DNA of 55,294 bases from Chromera velia (lineage: Eukaryota). Below the pieces are notes generated by a model, which saw only the letters and a program-made list of their open reading frames with translations, was not told the origin of the DNA and did not search any database. Both the position numbers and the translations under genes were made by a program. Location of the stretch: assembly GCA_018398765.1 (NCBI GenBank), contig JAHBMJ010000184.1, positions 1 through 55,294 of the forward strand, given 5' to 3'. Shown piece by piece: positions 23,415-35,782 of this stretch (position 1 is its first letter; each line of letters begins with the position of its first letter).

Positions 23415-25651
23415 TAGTGACCATGTTTGATTTGATTATATTTGATTTGATTTGATTTGATTTAAGCTTTAACCTCAAATATTTGATATTTGAGGTAAGA
23501 TTTGAGGTTAACCTCTTAGGGTTCCTCACTGAGTCACTGACTTACTGTCACTCTGATCATTTTTCTCATGACAATAGTTATCAGAACATTTCTGATGGGT
23601 GTTTCAAAAATTTAAGAAAATATATATAAAATTATAACTTATCAGTTCTGTAAAAAAAATATGCCTGTGTGGCAGTGTATATACACTAGTCACTGAGACT
23701 CACTCTAATACTAATAGAGATTAAGAATGTAAAATTGATAGATTTGAAATTGCATATGACTTTTTATTGATACGATAAAGTTAGAGCACGTACCAAAATT
23801 GAAGTGACAATCACTCAGCTTTAGGGTACTTCCTTTTCCTCTTCTTCATGATCACTTTCTTCAATGTAAATCGAATTGATCGGTGGTGGGAGCTGCTGAG
23901 AGCTTTTTCTCTGGCTTTTCGGCTTTCCAGGAGTGGGTGCTCCTGGGCTTCTATTCGGTTGCGGAGAGATGACAACGGGGCGTGGCCCATCCACTCTGGA
24001 AAAATTGGTAGGGGGTCTTCAGCTTGGGAATATTTGGTATTGAGGATTAGAGAAAATCAGCCTTCGATGGGTCAGATATTTTGATTTCAGCAGTGTTTTT
24101 TGCCTTATTTGAGCCTTTGTGGGAAAGTTTGGCAAGGGGGGGGCAAAAAAGGGAAAATTTGGCAGAGGTCTTAAAGTTTTGGTACCAAAAATTCCCGAGT
24201 GGATGGGCCGCACAACGGGGTGAGACGGAGAACCGCACACACGTTAAACTTTGCTATTGCTGTTAGTGTTGGAACCGTCCTGTTTCTGGGCAGCTAAGCA
24301 TCCAGAGTTGGTAAGTTCGGCTACCCTCTGTGCCGCGCCGGGGCCGACAACAAGCCCCTTATGTTGGAGGTGAATATAGAGAGGTCGGTAGCCTTCCTCA
24401 CCTGGAGTGATGACTTTCTCAGGAGGGGGAAGTTTCCCCCCAGCCTTCTCAGCATTTGTGTCTGCGGCCGGCGCCTCCTTTAGTTTCAAATTGGTCCCCC
24501 CACCATGGTAGATTGTCGTCTCGGGATCCAAAAAAGAGGCTGAATCCATCTTAAAGTTCTCTGTTAGCCAATGGATTGTGATCGCCAGGAACCCTAACTT
24601 TCCTGAATGCGACCACATGTCGAGGGTGATCGACACTCGTCGGGTCGCTGCTTTTCTCAACCTGTCTTTGATTGACAGAATAATCTCGTTCTTCAGTGTT
24701 GGGAGCAGAAGTCTCTGCACCTTCCTCATAGACGGGAGATCGTAGCGGGGGTCCAGTGCCTTGACTAGCTTTCGCAATGCCTCGTTTTCTGTGAGATAAG
24801 GCCAGCCAGCACTGGCCAGAAAGTCAGTGGTCAGCATATTGCACTTGATTCTCTTCTCATGCGTTCCTGCATATGGTGCGACCACGGCTTCTGCTTCATC
24901 TTTGGTGGGGAAAAACGTTTGCACGTCAGGCTGCTTCGTCCCCCCCGCCCCCTCCGACAGCTTTTCCTGTCTTTCTTGGAGCAGCTGTACATGTTTGTCA
25001 GACGTGATCGTCAAGCCATGCTGATTGATGAGGTGGGTTTGAAAAGAACTGGTTGCCGCTGCTGCATACTCACAGCCACAAATAGTTTCTCCTTCCCCCT
25101 CGGCTCCTTGTATTTTTACCTGACACTGAATCACATTTGCCCCCTTTTGCACGGACCATATTTTTTTTGCGTATCCGGCTCTAAAAACAAATGCCTCCTT
25201 CTTCCCGTTCGACCCTGTCGGATTGTGTGACATGTCTTTACGGGGTGTAAAATGTTTGCAGACGCTCAAAAAGGGGGCCGTAAAAGATGTTCTAGCACCA
25301 GAAAAGTTAACACAGCTGTTCGGGAAAACGTTCAGCTGATCGGTTTACCTCTGTATGAAGTAAAAGGGGGTGAAACGTCAATTTCAGTGCAGCTCAAAAC
25401 GTTTTTTTTTGAGAGCAAACCATCAAGATTTAGGTTTTTTTATTTAAATCAGCATGCGTGACGGATCGGTACTTGCAAAAGTTTTTTCGGGACCTTCATA
25501 TTTGAGGTTGAAAGTCATATTGATCAAATATTTGATCATATTTGATAGGTCTTTAAACACTAGGTCCTCCCTGACTGGATATTTGATTTGAGCTTAAGCC
25601 CTACCTCAAATCAAATCAAATCAAATCAAATCAAATCAAACATGGTCACTA
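23415..25651 (-). mobile_element. hAT DNA transposon (2237 bp, internally deleted)
   Basis: TIR TAGTGACCATGTTTGATTTGATT at both ends; perfect 8-bp TSD GTGTCAGT at 23407-23414 and 25652-25659. Confidence 0.97.
24244..25233 (-). pseudogene. Truncated hAT (Ac-like) transposase
   Basis: BED-like finger (IW..C..C...HL...H), LRKLVKALDPRYDLPS, first catalytic motif VSITLDMWS..GFLAITIHW, joined directly to ASFLDP. The intervening catalytic core is missing. Confidence 0.9.
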
Positions 25652-25774
25652 GTGTCAGTAGAAGTGATAACTTAGGATTAGGGTCACGATAAACGCTTGG
25701 CCCGCTGAGTCGCCGGTCTAGGCCGCTTCATCGCTACTACACTGTAGTAGATCAATCTACGTTCAGATTATCAA

Positions 25775-26312
25775 CTAAGACCGACAACATCCCTTGCGTT
25801 CCGTCACTGACAAGACGCTGGACGATTCCACCAGCCTGATGCCTGCCTCTTTGAGCTGTGCACACATTTTCTGAGACCCCTCTGGAAACACTCCCCTCAC
25901 CGCATCCTCAATCACAAAAGTCTCATACCCCAAGCGTGCCGCATCAAGAGCAGTGCTTCCAACGCAGTAGTCCATCGCCAGACCCACGCAATACACCGTC
26001 TTCACCCCCTTCTCCTTCAGGATCTTGTCAAGACCCGTGTCTTCAGGAGGAGACCCGAAACCCGAATACGAATCCACAGTCTTGTCCATGCCCTTTTGCA
26101 CAATGATGTCAGAGGCAGAACGGGTCATCTTGGGGTGGAACGCGGCGCCCACGGAGTGGGAAAGACAATGCACGGGCCAGAGCATCTGCTTGGTGCCTGA
26201 GTGTTCCAAGATGATCTCTGTGAACGCGTTCTGCCCTGGGTGATTGGCTGCGCACACCCACAAGGTGATCCGTCGATCGATCGATCGATCGATTAAGAGA
26301 GAGAGAGACACA

Positions 26313-26376
<64 letters not shown>

Positions 26377-27754
26377 AAAAGAAAGAGAGCAGGAAGGAAG
26401 GAAGGAAAGAAAGAAAGGGAGAAAGAAAGAAAGAAAAAGAAAGAAAGAGAGCAGGAAGGAAGGAAGGAAGGAAGGAAAGAAAGAAAGGGAGAAAGAAAGA
26501 AAGAAAGAAAGGAAGAAGGAAGGGAGGAAAGAAGGAAGGATCGAGGGAAGAAAAAAAAAACACAGAAAAAAAAGAAAGGAAGAACGAAGGGGGCAAGGAA
26601 AGGAGGAACGGAAGGAAGGAAGGAAAGAAGGAAGGGGGGAAGGAAAAAAACAAAGACAGAAAAGAAAGAAAGGAAAAAAGAAAAAAAGAAAGAGAGGAAA
26701 AAAGAAGAAAAGAAAGAAAGAAAGAAGGAAGGAAGGAAGGAAGGAAGGAAGGAAGGAAGGGGGGGAGGAAAGAAAGATAAAGACAGAAAAAGAGAAAAGG
26801 CAAGTGGCTACGTAGAAAGGAGGCAGACAGGGACACAAAGGTGCAGGTACAGATTCATGTTGTCTTTGAAGCAACCCTTGTGTGGACGGAGGGAGACAAA
26901 ACAACAAATATGTATTTTGCATCCACAGCATACTAAAAAGCCAAAGAGCAACTCATGAAACGAGTTCGCTCACGCTGTTCACGTCCCAAAATGGCCTCAG
27001 GCATTCCATTTTTCTGAATGCTGCCCCCCCAAACAAAAAAGGCAAAAGGAAAAACTGAAAGAATCATTGAAGATACAGATGGCAATACCTTTCAAAGGGA
27101 CAAAACAGTTATTGTCCGATTTCCACGTCTTTTCCTGACTCCCTCCCTTCCCTTCCTCCCACGTCTTTTCCTGACTCCCTCCCTTCCCTTCCTCCCACCG
27201 ACTTCAACGCCACGCCGAATGAAGGCGGTATGACAAGCAGAAGTTAGAAGAATTACCTGCAAAAGAGCTGCAAGCACATTGTAGTGGGGGAAATGAGGTA
27301 CGGTGCAGAGCGATAAATGTTCATCGGACGGCATACACACAATATCTCTTACAAGTTCAATAACAACATGAAGGAGATTGCACAATGGCCATTCACTGAC
27401 TGATTGACTGAGTGACTGACTAGACTGATGGATGGATGGATAAAAAAACGAATGAGCGAATGGGCGAACCAAGGAACGAACGAACAGACGAATAAAAAAA
27501 TGCAGCAAGAAGCAAAGGCGAGAACGAATGAAGAGAGAAACAAAGAGATGAAGAGGCGAAGTCTGAACTACAACTGACCAGTGGTCGACTGGGTGCCAAT
27601 CGCAGGTGAGGACGCAGAAATCGAATTTGCCGGACCCCTTCAGGTTGTTGATGATGCCGACGATCGCAGGCGAGTCCTTGACTGCCAGTGACCCATCAGG
27701 TTCACAAAAGTCGTTCTGGAGATCCACGACGATCAGAGCAGACTTGCCCGACAT
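25775..27754 (-). CDS. pncA: Nicotinamidase/pyrazinamidase (isochorismatase family), 3 exons: 27754-27579, 27267-27257, 26247-25775; ~219 aa
   Basis: Motifs ALIVVDLQNDFC..GSLAV, DWHP.DHCSFA.NH, LWPVHC, KG...DSYSGF, GLAMDYCV..TALDA. GT-AG junctions give a continuous frame. Confidence 0.93.
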
Positions 27755-28339
27755 GCTGAGAGAAGTCGATCAGTGCCGAGGAATCAACTTTCTGAAACTC
27801 AACAGACTGATAGACGGACAGTTGTCGACGCAAATCGAACCTTTCTTTATTCTCAAGAAGCCCAAATAGAAATCCGTTTGAAGAGGCAGTCTGACGCTTT
27901 CAGCCAGCAGTAAACAGCTTTCTTTAGGAACGTCTATATACTCTTGCAGTCTTGCCACAAAAAAAGGGGTCACTGGACGATGACTGGGGTCTTTGGGTCA
28001 AGAGAAAATGACGGTCTGTTGGACTTCACGATTTCCATATCGGGATCTTATGGGATTTTCAGACGGCTGCAGACAGAGACGCGCGGCCGACTTCAGAAAC
28101 CGCAATGCTCAAGACAAAACACGGTTTGTCTGGAAGGCATGCAGGAAAAGGGTGAATGAAATGGCTTGGAACAATGCAGACAGTCAGAATCGAAAGGGAT
28201 GTATATATACGTCTGGCCATGTCTGGCCAAGTTAATCGCGCGAACTCATACGAACTCTCATCTCACGGGCAGAATTGGGCAGATCATGGCAGATCTGGTG
28301 CATGATTCCGGTGTCGATATGGTGCCGATCCGTCTACGT

Positions 28340-28684
28340 ATCTGACGCACTCCGTGCGAATGGCCCGGAAAGCGAAATTTATTCGTGTTGCCCCTGCTTT
28401 AAATTTGGAAAGTGCCTCCTCAGCTGAATTGTCTTTCCGGGGCCGAGCTTGGCGTGCGTCAGATCTTCCTGTAAATCTGACGCACTCCGTGCAAACGGCC
28501 CGGAAAGCGAAATTTATTCTTGTTACCCCTGCTTTAAATTTGGAAAGTGCCTCCTCAGCTGAATTATCTTTCCGGGGCCGAGCTTGGCTGAATTATCTTC
28601 CTGTAAACGTCGGACACAGCCATCCGTGTGGTCTGGGGGGGTGCAATTTTTGTTAAGTGCCCTCTCAGCTTCGCTTTCCGGGCC
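28340..28684. repeat. Small inverted-repeat cassette, tandemly duplicated (~135-bp unit)
   Basis: ATCTGACGCAC/GTGCGTCAGAT bracket the first unit. GGCCCGGAAAGCGAA (28362, 28497) is the reverse complement of TTCGCTTTCCGGGCC (28670-28684). Confidence 0.7.
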
Positions 28685-28725
28685 ACGTCGAACGCAGCCA
28701 TCCATGTGGTCTGGGGGGTGTACCA

Positions 28726-29380
28726 CGAGGCCATACCGAGAATGAACGCTGCGGGATAACCGCAACACTGCTCTTCGGGGCCATCTAACTGTTTTGATTA
28801 ATTTTTGACTTGGATGCATTGAACGGTCTATCTGCATGCATATATGTTTGCATGTGTTCTGTTTGAAAGTAGCGATGCTTCGTGTGGGTATGTATTCTCT
28901 GTCGTACCAATCAATCACCATGGCAAATGAAAGTGTGACAAGAGTACTTCAGAACATATGGGGTCCATACTACAAGAAGTCAACTGTTACAGTCAGACAC
29001 TCAAACAAACAGATTTAGATGAGCCAAAGCAGCATGTCCGTCTCCTCTGTCAACTGCATGCTCACACCACACAGCCAGGCAAGGGACCATTTTTTTCAGT
29101 CATAACTGCAAAGATCTGTGGTTCGGGCTGCTACAGTGCAGTGAGGAATGGGATAGGTAGGCAACGAAAGCAGCTGTGCATGCACAGACTGGTATTGCTC
29201 TCCGAGCGATTTTGGACTTTATGCATGCATGTGTATCCCTGCAGGCAGATAGTCCCCCACATAACTCTAAAAAGCCGGGTGGAGCCTCTGTTTGTGTGTT
29301 TGGTGGGTTTTTTCCCTGTATGTTCATGCATGCAGAGACAGTGCATCCACACAGACTGTAACCGTTTCTGACTGTTTGAC
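28726..29380 (+). repeat. Direct repeat A, copy 1 (~655 bp)
   Basis: Colinear with 30865-31528 from CGAGGCCATACCGAGAATGAAC to GTTTCTGACTGTTTGAC. Confidence 0.93.
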
Positions 29381-29392
29381 NATCAATCGGAG

Positions 29393-29803
29393 ATGAGTGA
29401 TGAAGATGTACCCCCTGCCTCTCTCTAGATTAACAAGGTTATGGTTGAGCTCGCTAACTTAAAGGTGACCCACAAAAACTTTGTTACTCCTGCATGTCCT
29501 CACGTCGGATGAATCAGGAAGCACAGGGGAAGGGATGGTCATTAGGATGGCAAAGCGTGGTCTGCAAAGCTTTGTTGCAAGGTGTGTGCAACAGAGATTA
29601 ATCTGAGTGATGTGTCCCCTGAAGAGAAAAAGAAGTGGGAAGAGAAAGGGCAGAAATGTGTAGCCCACACAGAGAGCAACATAAAGGTTAACACTTTCAT
29701 GAAACACATCAAAGCAAAAAGCGATTGTCATGTATCAAACAGTGATACCATTATATCACTATTCAAGAAAATGGTTTTAAAGCTTGAGTTAGAGAAGAGC
29801 TAA
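29393..29803 (+). pseudogene. Degenerate zinc-finger fragment, TTF/BED-like (probable hAT transposase N-terminus)
   Basis: One frame from ATG 29393 with three internal stops; W....CCKVC...FMKH....DCH. Followed by GAACC/GGTTC subterminal-type repeats at ~29820-30120. Confidence 0.5.
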
Positions 29804-30268
29804 CTTCATACAACAGATTTCTTGTTGGAGTTTTGATAAGTCTTGGAACCCTCTTTTTCCTTTTTCGATCTTTACCATCTGGAACCCTCTTTGTCCCTCT
29901 ACCTCTCACAGTCCTTTTCCAATGTTTTCCAGTCGAATTGGTGGACAAACTTTTGAATATTTTCATCGTATTCAATGTTTCATAACTGGTTTTGGACAGG
30001 TTCTTTGGGGTTCTTGGAGGGTCAGACTGAGAAGGCTAGAACCTAGGTTCTAGGAACCTAAGAACCTAGAGGTGGAGACGTATAGTTTTTAAGCTCGAAC
30101 CGAGTAAGAACCTTCAACCAATACTCTAAAAGTGTCATGTTTTTGTTTTTTAGAACTTTTTTTGCTTATAAAATAAGTTTGAAGTTCATTTTAAATGTTT
30201 TAGAGCTTAGATTACTACTACAAAGTCGTTCGAGGACCACATCTATATTTCAGAGTGCCTCCCCGTAG

Positions 30269-30864
30269 TGCAGGTGTTTCCTGTCTGGCCTCCCTGTTTC
30301 TTTATTGAAAGACTCTGAGGTCAGCAACTTGTCAGTACAGTTAAACCTCCCCCCTTTCCACCTGTAGCAGAGCACTCCTAAAAACATTTTTGCTTCTCTC
30401 TTACTCATACCATCAAGCCCTCTAATTGTTTGAAACCCTTTTTAAGATAGTGGCACTGCTCTATTTGTTTACCTTTAATAGCTCTGTCATGCCTTTTCTA
30501 TTTCTTAAAATGACCACTCAGGCCGTCGTGAGGGGTCATTTCGGGAAAGACTGCGACTTGTATGCCATCAGAGCGTATCTACACATATTTGTTGCACTGT
30601 ACCTCAATGCAGGTGTTTCCTGTCTGGCCTCCCTGTTTCTTTATTGAAAGAGGTCAGCAACTTGTCAGTACGGTTGAACCCCCCCCCTTTCCACCTGCAG
30701 CAGAGCACTCCTAAAGACACTTTCGCTTCTCTCTGAGACTCACTCACACCATTAAGCCCTCTAATTGTTTGAAACCCTTTTTAAGATAGTGGCACTGCTC
30801 TATTTGTTTACCTTTAATAGCTCTGTCATGCCTTTTCTATTTCTTGAAATGACCACTCAGGCCG
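30269..30864 (+). repeat. Direct repeat B, two ~257-bp copies (30269-30525, 30608-30864)
   Basis: Both copies run TGCAGGTGTTTCCTGTCTGG...GACCACTCAGGCCG. Confidence 0.93.
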
Positions 30865-31528
30865 CGAGGCCATACCGAGAATGAACACTGCAGGACAACC
30901 GCAACACTGCTTTTGAGGGCCATCTAACTCTTTTGATCGATTTTTAACTTGGATGTATCGAACGGTCTATCTGCATGCATATATGTCTGCATGTGTTCTG
31001 TTTGAAAGTAGCGATGCTTCGTGTGGGTATGTATTCTCTCTCGTACCAATCAATCACCATGGCAAATACAAGTGTGACAAAAGTATTTTAGAACACATGG
31101 ATTCCATATACCATAAGAAGTCAACAGTCAGACACTCAAACAAAGACATTTAGATGAGCCAGAGCAGCATGTCCGTCCCCTCTGTCAACTCTATGCTCAT
31201 ACCACACAGCTAAGCAGAGGACCATTTTTTTCAGTCATAACTGCAAAGATCTATGGCTCGGGCTGCTACAGTCCAGTGAGGAACGGGATAGGTAGGCAAC
31301 GAAAACAGCTGTGCATGTACAGACTGGTACTCTAAGCTGGTACTGCTCTCTGAGCGATTTTGGACTCTATGCATGCCTGTGTATTCCTGCAGGCAGGCAG
31401 TCCCCCACACGACTCTAAAAAGCCGAGCGGAGCCTCTGTTTATGTGTTTGGTAGGTTTTTTCCCTGTATGTTCATGCATGCAGAGACAGTGCATCCACAC
31501 AGACTGTAACCGTTTCTGACTGTTTGAC
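30865..31528 (+). repeat. Direct repeat A, copy 2
   Basis: Matches 28726-29380 and abuts the second copy of repeat B exactly. Confidence 0.93.
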
Positions 31529-32867
31529 GTTCACGATATTTGAACCTTTCGGACCTCTCTATGGTAGGAATATGTACGCTAGTGTTTATTGTCGGTATGG
31601 CCTGGCGTTATGCATGCATGCATGGCCCCGGAAAGCGCGAAGCGACCGGGGGGCACTTACCATATGCAAACTTTATGGGAAGTTTATTGCAACATGCATG
31701 CTAGCTCATGCAGTCTGCACGCGCAATGCCTGATGCACGCAACAGATTGCAACATGCAGTGAGGAAGGTAAGCTGAGGCTGAGGCTGAGGAGGGTCCTTG
31801 GAGAAAGCCTCCGACAGATTTCGAAGCTGATCAGGAAGAGCGAGGGAGGGGAGCTTCTCTCTTAGGTCGCCACACTCTGACTCAGTCACTGTGGAGCTTC
31901 CAAGGTTTTCTGCCATCGCCTCTCTCTCTCTCTCTCTCTCTCAATATCTCGCTAGCGGTAGTCAAGAACAGCGGAATCGACGTGTGCGGCATCATCACGC
32001 AGCCTCGTTTGAGAAGCTGGACGTCCAGTTAGAGGACTGCCCCCTTCGACTTGGTGTCCTTTTGGCACACAATGGCAAACAACAGACACTCAATGACAAA
32101 CAACAGTGAGTCAGTCAAGAGAGTCCCTGGTTCGTTGTTGTTGTATTGCGCCTTGCACGTCTTCAACAACCAAAAAGGCATACAACAGGTACATAACTGA
32201 TGATGATGAGGGAAACAACAGCTAAGAAGCTCGGAAGATGAATGAGGACGGATGTGGTCTCCTCGTGTCTCTTCTCTCCTAAATGGGAATATTCTTGAAG
32301 GCAACACGTGTGTTTGTCTAGTCTAGCCTAGTACATTTCAATGATCTCATAGAGGTGGGTATCTTGACAAGCCGGATTCACATTGCTCCCAACCGTTCTC
32401 ATTGCTGTCCCACTGTTCTTTGCAGTAACAGAGCGGGAGCGGGGTGTCGAGCGGGAGCGGGGTGTCGAGCGGGAGCGGGGCATAGAGCACGATCGGACGT
32501 CGACGCTCCTTCAACAGGTGTGTCTTCCTGGTTCTATAGACTTGGTCAGGGAAGTTTTCTATACCAAAGACCAAGGCCACTGTCTCGTTCCGTTTGTGTG
32601 CACGCACCACTGCAAGGTTCAGCAGCTAGCTGTGGGTCACGAACAACAACGATTCGTCCTCTGCATGCGGCGGTCTGTTCGGTCATCTCTTTCTTTCCGC
32701 ATGAAGCACTGTTGCTTCCTGCTGTGGGACCTTACGCGTGCTCGTGTGTGTCTGCAGTCAGGCGGGAGGGGGCGGGCAAAACCGGGCAGCAAAGCGGAGG
32801 TCTGTCTTTCTGTTCATGTGTTAGTACCCCGCACGTAGAGTAGGGCAAGGTTCTTTAACGTCCGCTC

Positions 32868-35082
32868 GGAACGTCCGAGACTGCGCAACTTTCCGTTTCT
32901 CGGTGCTTCCGGATTTTTATCGGATAGCTCATTCCTACACACAAGTGGCAACGTTTTGTTTCGGCGAGAAAATGGCCGCGCGGGAAGTGTCCATGCGAGT
33001 ACCGGTGATATGCCAACAAGCAAAGTTTTCTGACGGGTCCATGGATCCCACCCGATGTCCATGGCTTGCTTACGATCTTCCTTCCTTGCTTCCTTCGTTG
33101 CTGAGATCCCCCCCTTTCTTTTCTTGCTGCCATCGTGTGCTTCTTCTTGCTCGTTTGTGTATGGCATGGCTCTTTTTGGATGGCCAGCTCACTTATTCTG
33201 TGCCTTGCTTTTATTCCACTCATATGTCTATCTTCCTTCCTTCCTTCCTTCCTTCCTTCCCCTTCCTTTGTTTCTTTCTTCTTTCTTCCTGCCTTTCCGC
33301 AAGAACCGTTACGGCGACAGACTCTCAGAGGCGTCAAATGGAGGCCTCCCATGGTGCTTCCTATGCCACCAGAGGAGGAGTCCGAAGGAGAGGAAGAAGA
33401 TGATGAAGAAGAGGAGGATGAATTGATGGAAGACGAAGACGAAACAGGACTCGGAGGAAAAGGAAACAAAGGAAGGAATGTCCTGCAAGTGCCTAATCAG
33501 CCGGTCAGTCAGGGAGTGAGGAAGGAAGACGCTGCTTGACTCCAGAGACGCATTTCGTTTGATGCTTTTCCTTTTCCTTTTCTTCCCTTTTCTTGCGTTG
33601 CCTCTCATGCTGCCGGCTTTTTCTGCCTTTGTTCCTCCCTTCATTCGTTACTTCTTTCCTTCCTTTCTTTCTTTCTTCTTTCTTCCTTTTTCCTTTCTCC
33701 GTTTCTTTCTTCCTGCCTTCCTTTCGCCCTTTTTTCTTTTCCTTCCTTCGTTCCTTCTTTCATTCTTTCCCTTCTTTTTCCCTTTCTTTCATTTGTTCCT
33801 TCCTTTCTTCCTTCCTTTCTTCCTTTCGTCCTTTCTTTCTTTTCTTCCTTGTTTTTCTGTCCTCCTTCCCCTTCCTTTTTCAAATGGTCGCTTTCCCTGC
33901 GCATGTCCTTTTTGTCGCATTTCTCGTTTTTCATTTTTTTTTTTTGTTGTTTATCCTCCTCCTGTCTGTCTGTGTCGAAGAGTTCAACAGACTACATCTC
34001 TCAGGTGTGCAGGTACCCGACCATCAAGGAGAAGAGCCACAGAGCCGACCGATCTACGGTGCAGACGGGCGGCCTTTGCTGTCTTTCCGTCCCTTATCAT
34101 CACACTTACTGGAGACGACCCTGCAACTGCAGATCTCTGTTGGCGAAAGAGATGTTCCCGCTCAAGACGAGCGTGCATGGACTGCGATTTGCAGTTTGAG
34201 GGGAACCCCCTTGAGTACCTCCTGAGCAACGCAAACTTTGTTCTTGCAACAGCACAAACTCACAACACTGAGAGAGATGCCTGCCGAGCGGTCGGTTTTG
34301 CAAAAAACGACCCCACTGTTGTGCAGTATGGGTTCTTGGGTGACTCTCCACTCTTTGATCTGACTACTGGGTTCACGATAGCAGAGAACGTGATTCGCGA
34401 GCCGATGCACTTCCAGGATGAGGGGGGGGTAAAAAAAGAACTTGGCTGTTTCTTGTATGCAAAGGAAAAGATGGGGCCACAAGGGGGAGCTCTTTTTTCT
34501 GATGCAGAGTTGAACAGATTCCTGAGCAAGAAGTCTTCATGGGAAGGGACAGGCCTGCCACCGACCCAATGGGTCAGGGGGATCTACCGAACAGGGGCTG
34601 TTGTTCAAGTGGGCGCTGCGGATGCTCGTCATGTCCTGCCAAGAGTTGTTCAATTTCTGATTGAGTTTTATTCCCAAGCGTTTAAGCAGGTGCCTGCATG
34701 GTCTCTGTTTCTTCATAGCTTGATTGTGGAGAAGGTTTCTTAACCGATTGATGAGGCCGGACTGACGCATCTGTCTTCTATCATCGACATGTGGGCAAGT
34801 GCTTACGCCGTGTGTTACCAATGGATCGTGCCGAAAACCCATTTCTACTTGCATATTCCCGTTTGGATCCGACGCTTCGGAAGCCTTGGTACCGGAAAAT
34901 GCTATGGGTTTAAATCTTTCCACCGATGGGTCAATCGGCGTTTCGCTCTCATCAAAGGCCGAAAGGGGTATGACAGAGTGATTTTGGAAGATCTGGTGTA
35001 TTATTGGTTGTCCATGCGAGAAAAAGCTTTCGAAAAGTATTTTGGGCACAGGAGAAGAGAGACTAATAGTCACTCTATCTGA
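32868..35082 (+). pseudogene. CMC/EnSpm(CACTA)-related transposase pseudogene, probably intron-containing
   Basis: Motifs LTGDDPATADLC, EPMHFQDEGGVKK (D.MH...G..K type) and PKTHFYLHIP.WIRRFG.L...CYGFKSFH (PK.H...H....IRRFG type). Pyrimidine-microsatellite intron-like gaps; a frameshift and a stop. Confidence 0.75.
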
Positions 35083-35260
35083 AAATGGTGCAAGATTTGT
35101 CTTTTCGTGCGTTTTGTGCAGAGTCAATGTCGATGTGTCTTTGCATGAACAGCTGCGTATATGTATTTTCATGATTATAACGATTTTTATTATGACTTGA
35201 TGTATCATTCATGGAGCAATGAAAGTTTGATGTCTCTGCATCGCAAAGCTTGATAAACAG

Positions 35261-35690
35261 CTAGATAGCCTCTAAACTAGCCTCTAAATTCTTCTCTTCT
35301 TTCATTTTTACTTCAAAAAATATGTTTTTTTGGAGATCTCCGAACGTTTTCCAAACGATCTCAAAAAAAATTCTCCAAAAACCCTTCACTACTAGGCCCT
35401 TCATTTTATGCTTAGTTTTTTGGGAGATCTCCAAAATCTTTTTTGGAGAATCCAATTCTCCAAAAGTTTGTTTCTAGCTTTTTATAATGTATATAGTCAA
35501 ATAAAAGCTAGGAACCTGTTTTCTATCATTTTCTAACGTACTTAGGAACACTAACTAGGACCTTTCTAGCTTTTATAAATTTTTTATACCAATTATAGTC
35601 TCCAAAAAAAAATTTTGGGTCTCCAAAACCACTTTTGGAGAATTTCTCATTTTCTAAGTCTCCAAATGATCTCCAATTTATGAGGGAAGG
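35261..35690. repeat. AT-rich tract with repeated TTGGAGA / TCTCCAA motifs (likely subterminal repeats of a TIR element)
   Basis: Many copies in both orientations, including near-palindromic (TT)GGAGATCTCC(AA), directly downstream of the CMC-like ORF. Partner terminus not identified. Confidence 0.5.
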
Positions 35691-35782
35691 TTTAAATGAT
35701 AAAGATAGGCGAAGATCGAGATGTACCTAAATAAAACGATTGATTACCGAGTGTCGAACAATAGGAACAATAGACAAGTTTG

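Noticed and set aside
26244..26931. Long Lys/Glu/Arg-rich and Phe/Leu/Ser-rich ORFs, including the N-terminal half of ORF 25775-26836
   Set aside because: They come from the (GAAA/GGAA)n tract inside intron 2 of the nicotinamidase.
29582..29803. HMG box (SPEEKKKWEEK)
   Set aside because: Only a short helix-like match; reading through upstream stops fits a CxxC...H....H zinc finger better.
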